Source: Candidatus Thorarchaeota archaeon (lineage in GTDB: Archaea > Asgardarchaeota > Thorarchaeia > Thorarchaeales > Thorarchaeaceae). Taken from it: DNA of 64,000 nucleotides. The stretch covers positions 37,522-101,521 of the forward strand of contig SDNP01000005.1 in NCBI GenBank assembly GCA_004524445.1, written 5' to 3'. Under the pieces are notes generated by a model. The model was not told where the DNA came from, made no database searches, and was given only the letters and a program-made list of their open reading frames with translations. This document shows, in pieces, positions 48,769 through 59,908 of the stretch (the first letter of the stretch is position 1; every line of letters begins with the position of its first letter). The position numbers were made by a program, and so were the translations under genes.

Positions 48769-51700
48769 TTGAAAAACCGCGCGCTTGCACTATTAATTGT
48801 TGCCATTCTTTTGTGCCATCCCATCATCATCACCAGCTCATCAGTGGTAATGGAGATGCGGAAAGAAGACCTTATGATGACCTCAAGTCTACAGGATACT
48901 GGAACCCGGCTTGAACCAGGAGAACATGTTTCGCATGTGCCAATTCTGATTGACGAAGAAAACGACTTTGTTTCACAAGGATGGCCGGGTGCAGGTAGCA
49001 AGGCGGACCCCTATGTCATCTCTGCTCTAAACATCACTTACGACATTGATGAGGAGTTAATTCGAGTATTCAACATCGAATCTCATTTTATTATCCAAGA
49101 CTGTTACTTCGGTCAACTATCGAATGACCATGCAATCCGTTTTGAGAATGTAACGAATGCTGCTTTGGAGTACATCACTATCTCATCAGATTTGGAAGGG
49201 GTATCATTCAACAACGTGACAAATTCAACCCTATTGTCGAGCTATGTTGATGTTAGTGGAACTGATAGTGTTTACATCGGCAATTCCCATAATGTGGAGA
49301 TTGAAAATAACTACATGGCAGGTGGGAGGTTGTATATCTGGAAATGCAGCGGCATTAATGCACATTACAATGAGATTACTAGCACAGTTGTACAAGGCGC
49401 ACGTTTGTACCAGTCTAATGGCACATTATTCAATGCCAACACTATAACTAATGCTGGAGGTGTTGGACTTGATGTGCACAATTCAAGTTTCTGCGAGATT
49501 CATGGGAATCATTTCGAGGATTCTGGGGCTGCCTCCCTCTATTTGCGGCTTTCAGAAAACGTGTCGATAATAGACAATACAATCCTCAATGCCGGTAGCG
49601 ATGCCATAAACTATCAAACTCAAGAGTGGATTAGTATAGTTGGCAATCATATCTCCAATTCGGGTGGATTCCCCATATACACTACTAATTCTGCGAATGG
49701 TGAGATTCTAAATAATGAAATTATTGGGCACACGAGCAACGCAGCGATTGTATTTCAGTTGCAGGTAGAGAATTTCACTGTTTCAGATAATTACATTGAA
49801 GATGCATGGGGTGGACTCTTTACTCAGTCAGGTGCATCAGTCGATTGCCTGCATAACACCATTATAGATGTTGGCAACCACTTCATTGCTTACCAAAGCA
49901 TAGTGGATGGTTCCATTGTTGACAATATTTGCGAAGATACAGCGGACTTGGGGGTGTATATTTCTAGCTCTCAGCGCATAACAGCTTCTGGAAATACAAT
50001 TAGCAATGGCCCTAATGATGGAATCTACGCCACCGGAGCTAATCATTCGATTATTGGAAATACAATCTGGGATACAAGAAGAGGTGTAAGGGGCCTAATA
50101 GGAGCAGAGAATGTTAACATAACCAGCAACATCATAGATTCTGTAGACACAGGCATCCAAGTCAATGGAGAAGATGCCACAATCAAGTCTAATGTCATAA
50201 CCAATTCTGATGTCGGGATCGATCTCGATTCAGCATCACAAGAGGCTGAAGTCGTAGACAATCTCATTGAGCACTCTGAAGATGGAATACATATTAGAAA
50301 CGTAAACCACTCAATAATCGGTAACACTATCAGATATACAGACATGGCATTCATTGTTGATGGAGCAACAAATCCCGAGCTTGAAGACAACATAATTCAT
50401 AATGCAAGATACGGAGTATATGTTGTAGGAACAACTGGTGGAGAATTCGAGAACAATAATTTGACGCAGACTGGATTTTTCTTTGAAACAGGACAACCCA
50501 TAGTAAATCTGAATCATTCGCTCATAGACAATAACGTGAATAATAAGCCCCTATTCTATGCTTTGAATCAATCAGGAGTTTCACTGAATGGAAATGATTA
50601 TGGTGAAATCATTTTGGTCAATTGCTCTGATTTCGCAATTGATGGTGGGGAATTCACTTGGTCAACCGTAGCTTTTCAGGTTTATTATACCAATGAGGTT
50701 GATATCTCAAATATCCATATCAAAGATGGATACCAGCCTATGAATTTTTATCAGACTGCAAACGTGACCATTACGGATTCAGTCATTGAGGGGCGAACTG
50801 AATTCTATGCAATGAGGGTTAGGAACGCGGATGTTTTCTGGGTAGAGAATGTAACGTTCTTGAATCTCGAAGGGAATGCTGTCGACATCAGGTCAAGCAC
50901 GACAATTGATGTGAAGTATAGTTGGTTTGAGAATATTGGCGACTCGGCTATCTACATAAGTGATGTTGCTAATGGTGTGATCGAAGGCAATGATATTTCC
51001 AATGCGACTTATGGAGTCTATTTGGATGAATCCGTGAACAACGCCATGAAGAGCAATCATATTCGTTGGACAACTTATGGCATATATTCGGTCGTAGCAT
51101 CTGATATTAATAATGCCTCATTCAACAATATCCATGACAATGAGTACGGAATCAGAATGGATGATTCCTATTCTTGGTATATATACAACAATACCATCAG
51201 GTGGAATGACTATGGCTTGTATATCACAGTCACCGACAATAACCAGTGGATCTATAACAACACATTTGCCTTGAACACCATCTACAACGGTTATGACGAT
51301 GGCGCTGATGATTGGGACGACCGAGTTGATGGCGGCAATTATTGGGATGACTATGGTGGCACAGGCGTCTACAATGTTCCTGGAGGGTCCTCAGTAGATA
51401 GCTACCCAATAGCGTATATGATAACAGAACCGATCATCAATAACCCCATCGATGTTTGGTACGCAGAGGGTTCAGAAGGGAATTTCATCGTTTGGGTTCC
51501 ATTTGATGATTCACTTCGTGACTGGATTGTCGAGATTGATGGAACAACATGGGCATCCGGAGCATGGAACTTTCAGAACATCAATGTGAGTATAGATGGA
51601 CTTGCCTATGGCACGTACACAGTATTCATTGAAGTGTGGGATGTTGACCAAAACTCAGTAAACGATACGGTCATGGTCCATGTTTACGATGATACTCCGC

Positions 51701-52356
51701 CGGAAATCAATAGCCCACCCAACAGAATCGCATTTGAGGATGGGTCCGGACAGCAGTTGACCTGGCAGGTTTCCGACCTCAATCCAACCACTTTCACCGC
51801 TTACATTGACGATGAGCAACATGCCACAGGCACTTGGACTACGGGCGAACTCAATCTAAACATAGATGGACTTGATGCTGGCGAATATGTGTTCAAAATG
51901 GTCATCCGAGATGTTGATGGAAATTCAGCCTCCGATAGCATTCGTGTTCGGGTGATTGATGACAATGACGCGCCTGAACTCGATAGTCCTCCAGACATGA
52001 TAATAGTTGAGGGGTCCTTAGGAAATTCAATTGTTTGGACACCCACAGACGAATACCCAACCCGTTATGAAATCGTGTCCAATGATACGGTTGTGAGAGA
52101 GGGTGATTGGGGCGGGGGTAGAATTGTGCTCTCGGTCGATGGTTTGGAACCCGGCGAGTATGATTTCATTCTGACAGTGTACGACGGAAGCGGGAGAACC
52201 GCAACCGATGGTGTCAATGTCACGGTGCTTCCCACGGGATATACGCCTCAGCCACCTGTTGACTATCTCCTGCTGGCTGCAATTGGCGCAGTAGTCGGTG
52301 GAATCATCATCGCAGTAGCTATTGGTTTCTATCTCAGAAAGAAGCGCTCATCCTGA
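48769..52356 (+). CDS. NosD/right-handed beta-helix surface protein with three Ig-like repeats and TM anchor
   Basis: Signal peptide, GWPGAGSKADPYVI, many N.I..N.I...G parallel beta-helix repeats, GNYWDDY, Ig repeats, TM then RKKR; GGAGG SD before TTG 48769. Confidence 0.88.
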   Translation: MKNRALALLIVAILLCHPIIITSSSVVMEMRKEDLMMTSSLQDTGTRLEPGEHVSHVPILIDEENDFVSQGWPGAGSKADPYVISALNITYDIDEELIRVFNIESHFIIQDCYFGQLSNDHAIRFENVTNAALEYITISSDLEGVSFNNVTNSTLLSSYVDVSGTDSVYIGNSHNVEIENNYMAGGRLYIWKCSGINAHYNEITSTVVQGARLYQSNGTLFNANTITNAGGVGLDVHNSSFCEIHGNHFEDSGAASLYLRLSENVSIIDNTILNAGSDAINYQTQEWISIVGNHISNSGGFPIYTTNSANGEILNNEIIGHTSNAAIVFQLQVENFTVSDNYIEDAWGGLFTQSGASVDCLHNTIIDVGNHFIAYQSIVDGSIVDNICEDTADLGVYISSSQRITASGNTISNGPNDGIYATGANHSIIGNTIWDTRRGVRGLIGAENVNITSNIIDSVDTGIQVNGEDATIKSNVITNSDVGIDLDSASQEAEVVDNLIEHSEDGIHIRNVNHSIIGNTIRYTDMAFIVDGATNPELEDNIIHNARYGVYVVGTTGGEFENNNLTQTGFFFETGQPIVNLNHSLIDNNVNNKPLFYALNQSGVSLNGNDYGEIILVNCSDFAIDGGEFTWSTVAFQVYYTNEVDISNIHIKDGYQPMNFYQTANVTITDSVIEGRTEFYAMRVRNADVFWVENVTFLNLEGNAVDIRSSTTIDVKYSWFENIGDSAIYISDVANGVIEGNDISNATYGVYLDESVNNAMKSNHIRWTTYGIYSVVASDINNASFNNIHDNEYGIRMDDSYSWYIYNNTIRWNDYGLYITVTDNNQWIYNNTFALNTIYNGYDDGADDWDDRVDGGNYWDDYGGTGVYNVPGGSSVDSYPIAYMITEPIINNPIDVWYAEGSEGNFIVWVPFDDSLRDWIVEIDGTTWASGAWNFQNINVSIDGLAYGTYTVFIEVWDVDQNSVNDTVMVHVYDDTPPEINSPPNRIAFEDGSGQQLTWQVSDLNPTTFTAYIDDEQHATGTWTTGELNLNIDGLDAGEYVFKMVIRDVDGNSASDSIRVRVIDDNDAPELDSPPDMIIVEGSLGNSIVWTPTDEYPTRYEIVSNDTVVREGDWGGGRIVLSVDGLEPGEYDFILTVYDGSGRTATDGVNVTVLPTGYTPQPPVDYLLLAAIGAVVGGIIIAVAIGFYLRKKRSS

Positions 52357-52365
52357 AATAAGAGT

Positions 52366-52407
52366 GCATTGGGCGGCCTCAAATTCGAGGTCGCCAATGC
52401 TTTTTCT
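52366..52407 (+). terminator. hairpin plus T-tract terminator
   Basis: GCATTGGGCGGCCTC-aaattc-GAGGTCGCCAATGC-TTTTTCT right after the stop. Confidence 0.7.
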
Positions 52408-52557
52408 GATACAATGAATACGATTTTCCCAAAACCAGCCAGTTTCAGGGTGAAGGGAATGTCTACCGAAGTATTAAATTTGATTAATGCAGTCTATCTG
52501 TAGCAGTAATTTGCATTCCGAAGTGAAATCGTATCGATGATTTCGGAGGTGGAGAAT

Positions 52558-55500
52558 TTGCAGAAGCGCTCATTAACAACTATAGCTCTATTTATTCTGC
52601 TAGTCCAGCCAGTATTGGTTGGACTTGGCACGCCAGGAAAATTTGAACTCATAACTGAACAGGCAATTCCGGCCCAAGATCCAGGATTTCGCGTAAATCC
52701 TACCGATCTCACAGACCATGTTCCAATTGAAATTGATGGTAGCTCGGATTTTGCATTGCAGGGCTGGCCCGGCTCTGGGACGCCCGGGGACCCGTTCCTG
52801 ATTGCTGAACTCAATATCACGCAGGACCTAGATAAGTATATGATAAGCATTGTAAATACTAATGCCTCGTTCATAATTCGCGATTGTTTCATTGGACAGC
52901 AGTCTCTAGAGTGGGCGATTAGATTAGAGAACACCACCGCGGCAATAATTGAATATTCAACTTTAGAATCCGCTAGGGGAGGGATTTTCTGCACTAATGC
53001 CAACAATACACGTATCGAGCATTCGGATATAATGTCGCAGACCACTGCCTCTGGTTTAGCCTATTCGATTTCATTCGAGTATTCCGAGAATTGTGCCATT
53101 GAGAACAATAGACTTGAGAGTGAGTATCGAGTAATATTTGGATACTATAGCCCTAGCTTGACGTTGAATGGTAACTCGGTCTATGGCAAACCAGGTTACT
53201 ATGCGTATCGACTTCGCTACTGCAATCACACCAGTAGCATTGGAGATATCATCAATGGCGGCTACGAATTGAACATCTATTACTGCCACTATCTCAATTT
53301 TGACCAACTCACTATGGACGCAAACGGGGGGATTTTGATATCAGAGGGGTCGCATATAGCGATCAAGAATAGCCATATCAAAGCTGACAGCACACGGGCG
53401 GTGCGCATTCTATCTAGTCCATTTGTCAATATAGAGAATAGCTTCTTCAGCTCAGACTTCAATTCAGGCATTCAAATACAGCTTTGCGACAATTTGTCAC
53501 TGAAGAACTGTGTTGTGAATGACGCCAGTGGTGACGGAATTGGCGTTACCAACCTATCTAACGTTACGATATCAGGCTGTTCAGTATCCGACGTTACCGG
53601 CAATGGTATGTATCTTGGAGCCATCCAGAACGCAACGGTAACTGAGAATAGCATTTCAAACACGGGCAATAGAGGATTTAGTTCAGATAGTTCTGACAAT
53701 GTGACATTTGTCAACAATGCCATTTCATATGCAGGCGATGATGGTTTCTATGTTTCACCAGGGAACAATTGGACAATCACAGATAATTCCATTGAATACG
53801 TAGACGGATATGGGCTCTATCACTACAATGGAGAGAATGTGATTTGCCAACGCAACAGTGTATCTTATGGGAATGACGACGGGATTCGAATCGATAACGA
53901 CCCAGATGCATTAATCACCGAAAACATGGTCGATCACGTGGATGGATACGGGCTGTCGGTAAGCTCCTGTGACAGAACGCTGATTCAGGCAAATGCAGTC
54001 GATGATGCATCAGATGGTCTCTATATTGATAGTTGCGTTAATGCGACTATTAGCAATAATGTGGTGACTGATGTTAGTTATTCAGGGATATATCTCTATG
54101 ACTTGGAAACCTCTGTCATAGATGGTAATTCGGTGGATGCGCGTGCCAGATTTGGAATGCAATTAGATCTAATGGATGACTGTAACATCACAAACAATGT
54201 CCTGCAGGATTGCGGCTTCTACTGGGCTCCCGGTCTCCCGATTGGATATTATGATCATCTCTTCAAAGACAATACCGTAAATGGCATGGACATCTACTAT
54301 GGATTACATGAAAATGGCCAGAACATCATTGGAGATGATTGGGGACAAGTTTTCCTAATCAACTGCACTGACATGAATGTTCATGATGGGAGTTTCAATC
54401 GTATCACTGTTCCACTTGAACTAATGCATAGCGACAATTGCGATATATGGGACATCATATCAACCAACAATGCGTATGGAGTGAACATTTACAACAGCGA
54501 AAACACATCTATCCATGATCTTACAATAACAGGAAGCGGAGATAGCTATGGACTACTTGCATATCTTGCTGATGGTCTTTCAATTGCAGACTCAACGATT
54601 GAGAACTGCTATTCTTCCCTCTACTACGGAATGTATGTCCAGTATTCGGATGGCCTAGCTATAGAAAACTGCACCTTGAAAAACAATTACTACAATCTCA
54701 GGATAGATTATGGTATTGATGTGCTTATTTCGGATTGTGACATCATTAATTCAGCCAGTTATGGTATTCAGATAACCACATCTAGCTCAGAATATATTCG
54801 TATTCTTAACAATCGCGTCCTAAATGCCTCCTACGGAATCTATGTAGAGAACGCAGACAATGTTAGTATTATGGACAACACAGTGAGGTACTGCTGGATA
54901 ACTGGCATCTACTATGGTGGGTCTGGCATCACGGCATTGAACATTACGTTGAATGTTGTTGAAAATAATGCGGATGGCATCTTTGTAAGCAACAATGCTG
55001 GTAGCCTTATCAACAACAACACCATTAGGTGGAATGAAGAATATGGAATTTATGTCGATTCGCCAGCTAGTCCAGATATTTACTACAACATTATAGCTCT
55101 GAACCGTCTTGACAATGGTGAGGATGAGACTGCGGGCAATGACTGGGATGACGGAGTTGACACAGGAAACTGGTGGGACGACTACACTCCGCCAGGCGCG
55201 TACGATGTCGACGGTAACACTCAGGACAACTACCCAATGCAGTATTTGCCCACCGAGCCCATAATAGACCAGCCAAACGACGTCTACTATGCTGAGGGAT
55301 CCACAGGCAATTACATAACTTGGTATCCATATGATGACTATCTCAAAGAATGGGATGCGACCATCGATGGATCCTTCTGGGATTCCGATGCCTGGAATTA
55401 TGATAACGTCACAATCAACGTCGATGGCTTGGATTATGGCACCCATACTGTTGTCGTGACCGTTCGGGATATCGATCTGAATACTGTAACGGACACAGTG

Positions 55501-56187
55501 CTTGTCCATGTCTATGATGGTACACCACCAAAAATCAGCAACACAGCAAACACAGTTGCGTTTGTGGATGGAACGGGACAGACATTGTCATGGGAAGTTT
55601 CTGACCTTCATCCTGATACTTACACGGCATATCTTGATGGTGAAGAATGGGACTCTGGTTCATGGGCAACGGGCACCTTGGATGTCAATATTGACGGAAT
55701 GACAGAGGGCAAGCATGCCTTCAAAATTGTAATCAAGGACATAGATGGCAATGCAGCATCTGATTCTGTAACTATCCTGGTTGTTGATGATGATGTCAGT
55801 CCTACAATAGATAGCCCACAAGACATAACCTACAGATATGGTTCTACTAACAATAGAATCGTTTGGACAGCTTCTGATGAGTACCCTGACTGGTTTGAGG
55901 TTACGTACAATAGCTCCCTTCTAGTTGAAGGTTCCTGGGGCGGTTCACGAATACTGGTCAATGTGGATGGCTTGGATGTTGGCAGCCATGAATTCGCCAT
56001 AACTGTCTATGATGGAAGCGGCAATTCAGTTTCTGATTCTGTCACAGTGACAGTTCTACCTGTGAGTGGCGTTGGTCCAGTCACGCCACTAGACATGGGT
56101 ACAATCCTGCTGATTGTAGGCGGCCTTGCGGCCGTAGCTGTGGTTGTAGTTGTCATCTGGTTACTTAGAAAGCAAGGTAAGATTTGA
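52558..56187 (+). CDS. NosD/right-handed beta-helix surface protein, tandem paralog
   Basis: Same architecture as the upstream gene (HVPI.ID, GWPGSGT..DP, GNWWDDY, three Ig repeats, TM); GGAGGT SD before TTG 52558. Confidence 0.88.
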   Translation: MQKRSLTTIALFILLVQPVLVGLGTPGKFELITEQAIPAQDPGFRVNPTDLTDHVPIEIDGSSDFALQGWPGSGTPGDPFLIAELNITQDLDKYMISIVNTNASFIIRDCFIGQQSLEWAIRLENTTAAIIEYSTLESARGGIFCTNANNTRIEHSDIMSQTTASGLAYSISFEYSENCAIENNRLESEYRVIFGYYSPSLTLNGNSVYGKPGYYAYRLRYCNHTSSIGDIINGGYELNIYYCHYLNFDQLTMDANGGILISEGSHIAIKNSHIKADSTRAVRILSSPFVNIENSFFSSDFNSGIQIQLCDNLSLKNCVVNDASGDGIGVTNLSNVTISGCSVSDVTGNGMYLGAIQNATVTENSISNTGNRGFSSDSSDNVTFVNNAISYAGDDGFYVSPGNNWTITDNSIEYVDGYGLYHYNGENVICQRNSVSYGNDDGIRIDNDPDALITENMVDHVDGYGLSVSSCDRTLIQANAVDDASDGLYIDSCVNATISNNVVTDVSYSGIYLYDLETSVIDGNSVDARARFGMQLDLMDDCNITNNVLQDCGFYWAPGLPIGYYDHLFKDNTVNGMDIYYGLHENGQNIIGDDWGQVFLINCTDMNVHDGSFNRITVPLELMHSDNCDIWDIISTNNAYGVNIYNSENTSIHDLTITGSGDSYGLLAYLADGLSIADSTIENCYSSLYYGMYVQYSDGLAIENCTLKNNYYNLRIDYGIDVLISDCDIINSASYGIQITTSSSEYIRILNNRVLNASYGIYVENADNVSIMDNTVRYCWITGIYYGGSGITALNITLNVVENNADGIFVSNNAGSLINNNTIRWNEEYGIYVDSPASPDIYYNIIALNRLDNGEDETAGNDWDDGVDTGNWWDDYTPPGAYDVDGNTQDNYPMQYLPTEPIIDQPNDVYYAEGSTGNYITWYPYDDYLKEWDATIDGSFWDSDAWNYDNVTINVDGLDYGTHTVVVTVRDIDLNTVTDTVLVHVYDGTPPKISNTANTVAFVDGTGQTLSWEVSDLHPDTYTAYLDGEEWDSGSWATGTLDVNIDGMTEGKHAFKIVIKDIDGNAASDSVTILVVDDDVSPTIDSPQDITYRYGSTNNRIVWTASDEYPDWFEVTYNSSLLVEGSWGGSRILVNVDGLDVGSHEFAITVYDGSGNSVSDSVTVTVLPVSGVGPVTPLDMGTILLIVGGLAAVAVVVVVIWLLRKQGKI

Positions 56188-56196
56188 GATCTATAG

Positions 56197-56238
56197 AGAG
56201 GGTCGTACGTTCAATGCGACTCTCTTTCCTGTTTTTCT
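56197..56238 (+). terminator. hairpin plus T-tract terminator
   Basis: AGAGGGTCGTA-loop-TGCGACTCTCT followed by TTCCTGTTTTTCT. Confidence 0.6.
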
Positions 56239-56389
56239 GATGGTATCAATAACGCACTGAATGCAGACCTAGGTATAATTTTGAGCTTGGTCAATGTTGC
56301 AAAATGGTAAATATTATCAAGAAATGATTTTCGCAGAAAAATCAAAGTCAGTTGACGGATTTATCCAAGTACAGTTTCCCTAATTATGC

Positions 56390-56425
56390 AAAAAGAAAAG
56401 AGCTGATGGGCTCCGAGAGCCCATC
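56390..56425 (-). terminator. hairpin plus T-tract terminator
   Basis: Perfect 9-bp stem GATGGGCTC-cga-GAGCCCATC with an A-tract on the + strand, just past the stop of the minus-strand gene. Confidence 0.65.
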
Positions 56426-56433
56426 TACATTAT

Positions 56434-58797
56434 TCATGCACGCTTTCTGAAGTAATAGACTGCCACAACTACGACTACTGCCACAACTGCAACACCTGCG
56501 CCAATCAAGAGCCAATCTCCGCCAATAGGCACTGCTGCACCAGCTCCACTGTAGTATTTGACGGGTGGCGGATTTTCAAAGGCAGTGGTTTCAAATGGGG
56601 ATATCTGAATATCCAAACTGCCTTCGTCAGCAAGATCACGTTCTACCTTGAAGGCAATGAGAATATCCTCGCTTATGCTACCCATCTGGAATGATGCTTC
56701 ACTTGCAGTTGACCCCACAAATAGATCATCCAGGTCGTTCCAACTCAAGCGTTGTGGACAACCATTCATATCTTGGTAGGCATATGCGCTCCATGACGTT
56801 ACATCTTCTGCATAGACTGAGAAGTTCATCCAGACTCCTCTCGGTGCAGACAGTCGAACAACATACAGCTCAGAGGCATCGCCTGGGTCTCCAAGAGTGA
56901 AATTGCTCCAGATTGGAGAGTCACCAAGATTAGCCACATTGGTTGCATTGGCTATTCCATCTCCGAATTCTTCGAAGGTTAGGTCATAATCTATCGTATA
57001 CTCATGATACTCGTTACCGCCAGAACCAGCTGTATTGTTCAAGACCTCATATGGAGCAATCGCAATGATGCCAGATCCATTGCAGAACATCGAATAGCTG
57101 GAAGTATCCAACCCGAGCTCATACGAGCTCCTATTTAGCCCGTAGGCAAGCCATGAAACCCCATCCTGCCTGTTGCCGAGTTGCGTATCGGCTGTAAGCA
57201 CGGTACCACCATACTGATTGAAAACATACAGGTCTGTTTGAACTGTGACGTTGTTCTGCTCAATTAGAGTCAAATTCATTCTATAGAATGTTAGAGGATC
57301 AGTCTGAACTCTTACTCCCAACAGAGAACATGCATCAATGGCAACTGGACCCGCGCCATCAATCACAGGACCTAGGTTGAATTGATAGAACCCACTTGCG
57401 TCATCTCCACTAGCATCGCCTTCCACAAGGTATCTACCCTCCGGTAAGTAGTAAATCGAGGCGTCCTCAAATACGCCATTTGATGTTACGGACCTGCCTA
57501 TGAAGCGGGATTCGCTATCTGCTGTCCAGATGTCCCAACTATATCCACCGTTGATATCAGAATGGTTAATCCTTAGAACCGAGTCACGTCCAAGGTTCAG
57601 AATATATGCACGCTTCTCATCCCCAGCCAACTTGTTCTCAAGATAGAACTCCCGATTAACAGGAAGATTGGGAACAACAGGCATATCATTGGTCACATAG
57701 TAATCAACATTGTCTGAACCAATGAAAGTCGCATAGTACGATTCATTGGCCGCTGATAGATAGTAGTAAGTATCGCCGCCTGTTGACGATGAATAAGAAC
57801 GCCTACCGGGCGGGTTTCCGGGTTCAAACAACCCGGCTGTAAATACCACATATGGATTGTAACTATCAACAAGCGAGAATATTTCGGGATAGTTGAATGC
57901 GTATTGGATTCTTCCAGGATGTGTAAGATTTGAAGAAAACTCGTATGTCATGGCGTAAGGGACTTTCTCATCCTGAATGATGCTTCCATCTTCACCAACA
58001 ACCCACTCGCTTCCAGGCATAGTGTCCTCATATACTTCTCCATACTCAATCAACTGGGGAGTGATTGCCTCCAAATTCAAGTTTATTCCAACTGGGCCGG
58101 CAGTAGCTGCATCAGAGAATAGAATCAGATTGTACATCCCTTCCCCAGATGGTAGAAATGGTATAACTATGATATTGCCATTACTAAACGAATCCTGAGA
58201 CAGTATCCTTCCCTGACCGTCCAAGATGACATAGAACATCTCTACACCATCTTGCATAGGTGCCAGAGTTAAGTGGAAAAACTCCTCCGTGGTGACATTG
58301 AAAGTGCCATAATAGGTATGGCCGGATTTCATTGTCAAACCTGTTTCTGCTCCAATGGCGAGGGGGAATCGATGCCTAACTTCCTGTGCCTGTAGAGTGA
58401 CCTCGTTAGTGGTGTTCACGAATTCTAAGAAGTCGGGCAAATAAGCCCCATCGTCCAGCCAACCCCATGTAGCTATGTTACTGGATCCATAATTGAAGAA
58501 GCGAGTTGCCGGGCCTGGATATGAATTGTCTGTAGAGGTCCAGTCGCTTTTGTGATAACGGAACCTATTGTAATCTATATCCTCGTCATGGGTCAGGAAT
58601 TGAGGGTTGTCCACAAAATAGTCACGGCCCTCCACAAACAGATAGGCATGACCATTGTCAGTTGTAGGTATGTCCTGAGTAAAGACTTCTTCAACCTGTG
58701 AAACATATTGAGCGTTAGCTAGCAGGAACGTAGGTCCGGCTAGGATTACATAGATGATTATTATTGATAGACCAATTCTCCTCCGATTTGCGAGCAT
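56434..58797 (-). CDS. secreted beta-rich surface protein with C-terminal TM anchor
   Basis: Signal peptide, beta-strand-rich body, poly-Val TM then RKRA; GGAGAGGTG SD. Confidence 0.82.
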   Translation of the reverse strand: MLANRRRIGLSIIIIYVILAGPTFLLANAQYVSQVEEVFTQDIPTTDNGHAYLFVEGRDYFVDNPQFLTHDEDIDYNRFRYHKSDWTSTDNSYPGPATRFFNYGSSNIATWGWLDDGAYLPDFLEFVNTTNEVTLQAQEVRHRFPLAIGAETGLTMKSGHTYYGTFNVTTEEFFHLTLAPMQDGVEMFYVILDGQGRILSQDSFSNGNIIVIPFLPSGEGMYNLILFSDAATAGPVGINLNLEAITPQLIEYGEVYEDTMPGSEWVVGEDGSIIQDEKVPYAMTYEFSSNLTHPGRIQYAFNYPEIFSLVDSYNPYVVFTAGLFEPGNPPGRRSYSSSTGGDTYYYLSAANESYYATFIGSDNVDYYVTNDMPVVPNLPVNREFYLENKLAGDEKRAYILNLGRDSVLRINHSDINGGYSWDIWTADSESRFIGRSVTSNGVFEDASIYYLPEGRYLVEGDASGDDASGFYQFNLGPVIDGAGPVAIDACSLLGVRVQTDPLTFYRMNLTLIEQNNVTVQTDLYVFNQYGGTVLTADTQLGNRQDGVSWLAYGLNRSSYELGLDTSSYSMFCNGSGIIAIAPYEVLNNTAGSGGNEYHEYTIDYDLTFEEFGDGIANATNVANLGDSPIWSNFTLGDPGDASELYVVRLSAPRGVWMNFSVYAEDVTSWSAYAYQDMNGCPQRLSWNDLDDLFVGSTASEASFQMGSISEDILIAFKVERDLADEGSLDIQISPFETTAFENPPPVKYYSGAGAAVPIGGDWLLIGAGVAVVAVVVVVAVYYFRKRA

Positions 58798-58957
58798 ATT
58801 CGGCGCGCACCTCTCCTAGTGGATAGGTTCACATGGTTTTAACATTTACTAGGATAATCAATTGGAAGCTATTTTGCCAGCAATTCACATTTTATGCTGA
58901 ATGCGACGTATTTTTGGTATTATTCTCGGATGGAAATTGATTCGATGTAGTTATGAT

Positions 58958-59809
58958 TTAGATTTCCTCAAACTCTTCTCTACTTAACGTTAGTTTCCTC
59001 GGATTTCCGAGCAGACTTACTTCATACCTGTGCTGTTGGATTACTCTCTCTCCGTTTCTCCAAGATTTCAGAATCTCATCTATCTTTGATTTAATCTCCA
59101 TTCTATACTTTATCACTACAGAAAAGCATTGCAGAACTCGGCAGAACCACCGATTATTTGCCAGAATTGGGTCTTTTACCAGAACCTCGAATTCTCCTCC
59201 CACATCCCCAAACTTGGAGTCAATTTTTGCAACTTCCTGATTCTTTGATAGGCTAATGACTCGGTAATCGTCACCTGCAGAGGCACGGATACCTTCGATT
59301 CGAAAAACTTGAAATGACTTGTCAGGTCCGAGGATGAAAAATCCGAAATTCTCGGTTGTTATCCTTCCCCGCTTCATCTGTCGAATATGCGTCAAGTACT
59401 CATTGTCATCCGTAATGACAGAGAATGACATTAAAGGCTCATCTGATGCATAGCTATTTGCCAGTTCCTCAGCAACCATCTCTTCAATAGTGGCAAACCA
59501 ACCACCGCTATTTGTGAAAAGCTTGGCAACTAGCCTTCTCTCAAGCTTGTCATCTCGTTTCGACCAGAGAGATTCTCGGCGAACAATGAATCCCGTCTTC
59601 TTCATATCCGGCAGATTCTTCTCCGGGTCATCTCTCTCAGTTTCTTTGATCTGACCGATTATTTCTGCATCCGAAGAGAATTGTCGGCTTTTTGATCTCC
59701 AGAGTGCATCCTGCCGAATACCGATTTCGTCTCCATGCATATCAGTTGCATAGAGGTCTTGAGAAAGAACCCGGTAAACCGGTCCGATTTTCCGTTCATC
59801 ATCTGTCAT
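58958..59809 (-). CDS. hypothetical protein, possible LURP-one/tubby C-terminal (scramblase-like) fold
   Basis: GDDYRVI...VAKIDSK...EFEVLV followed by a terminal hydrophobic helix fits the LOR/tubby barrel pattern; start 59809 or 59827. Confidence 0.65.
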   Translation of the reverse strand: MTDDERKIGPVYRVLSQDLYATDMHGDEIGIRQDALWRSKSRQFSSDAEIIGQIKETERDDPEKNLPDMKKTGFIVRRESLWSKRDDKLERRLVAKLFTNSGGWFATIEEMVAEELANSYASDEPLMSFSVITDDNEYLTHIRQMKRGRITTENFGFFILGPDKSFQVFRIEGIRASAGDDYRVISLSKNQEVAKIDSKFGDVGGEFEVLVKDPILANNRWFCRVLQCFSVVIKYRMEIKSKIDEILKSWRNGERVIQQHRYEVSLLGNPRKLTLSREEFEEI

Positions 59810-59908
59810 TGAGAGGTTCACTTCCAAGCTGTTGACAATGGCAGTAGGAATCCTCTTGATAAGTCTTGAGAAGCCGAGAACGAAAGCTTCATTCTAAGGT
59901 AATACACC

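Noticed and set aside
48769-56187. Diversity-generating retroelement acting on the tandem beta-helix genes
   Set aside because: No reverse transcriptase and no near-identical TR/VR pair with A-specific mismatches; this is ordinary paralog divergence.
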